From: Antedon mediterranea
Lineage: Eukaryota > Animalia > Echinodermata
DNA length: 64,000 nt
Reading direction: 5' to 3'
Assembly: GCF_964355755.1 (NCBI RefSeq)
Contig: NC_092673.1
Coordinates: 26,533,648-26,597,647, forward strand
Position numbers and translations under genes: made by a program. Shown in pieces: positions 63,888-64,000 of this stretch (position 1 is its first letter; every line of letters begins with the position of its first letter). The notes beneath the pieces were generated by a model. It made no database searches, had not been told where the DNA came from, and saw only the letters and a program-made list of their open reading frames with translations.

Positions 63888-64000
63888 CCAAAAACATATT
63901 TCAATTTTAATCAAAGAAGCCCGGCCCTCTATTATAGATACGGGGAAATCCCTTCAACAAATCACACGCCCTCTAGAGTTACTACTATTTTAGGGGAACC

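Overview
AT-rich, intron-containing animal genomic DNA, with no prokaryotic features. An invertebrate deuterostome such as an echinoderm is a guess from gene and repeat style, not proven. I assembled three spliced genes by hand with GT-AG boundaries and consistent intron phases. (1) A TRPC-family (canonical TRP) cation channel on + with 11 coding exons (4407..40281, about 990 aa) and a 20.4-kb first intron; the link to exon 1 is inferred. (2) A secreted proteinase-K/PCSK9-type S8 subtilase on + with 8 exons (52269..57185, about 428 aa), an intact D/H/S triad and no C-terminal Cys/His-rich domain. (3) ANAPC2 on - with 10 exons (63855..57973, about 781 aa). The non-coding DNA includes a 3.4-kb foldback element built from ~346-bp octamer-rich units and a ~9.5-kb palindromic satellite array. 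The array has a 1283-bp higher-order period, an inverted duplicated block and an inserted Helentron/DINE-1-like element. There are also three MITE families (two PIF/Harbinger-like, one Kolobok-like), SINE/LINE remnants and several minisatellites. The 8-mer TAGGCCTA is strongly over-represented, and within the satellite it appears as a 6-bp insertion at a TA, resembling a transposon footprint.
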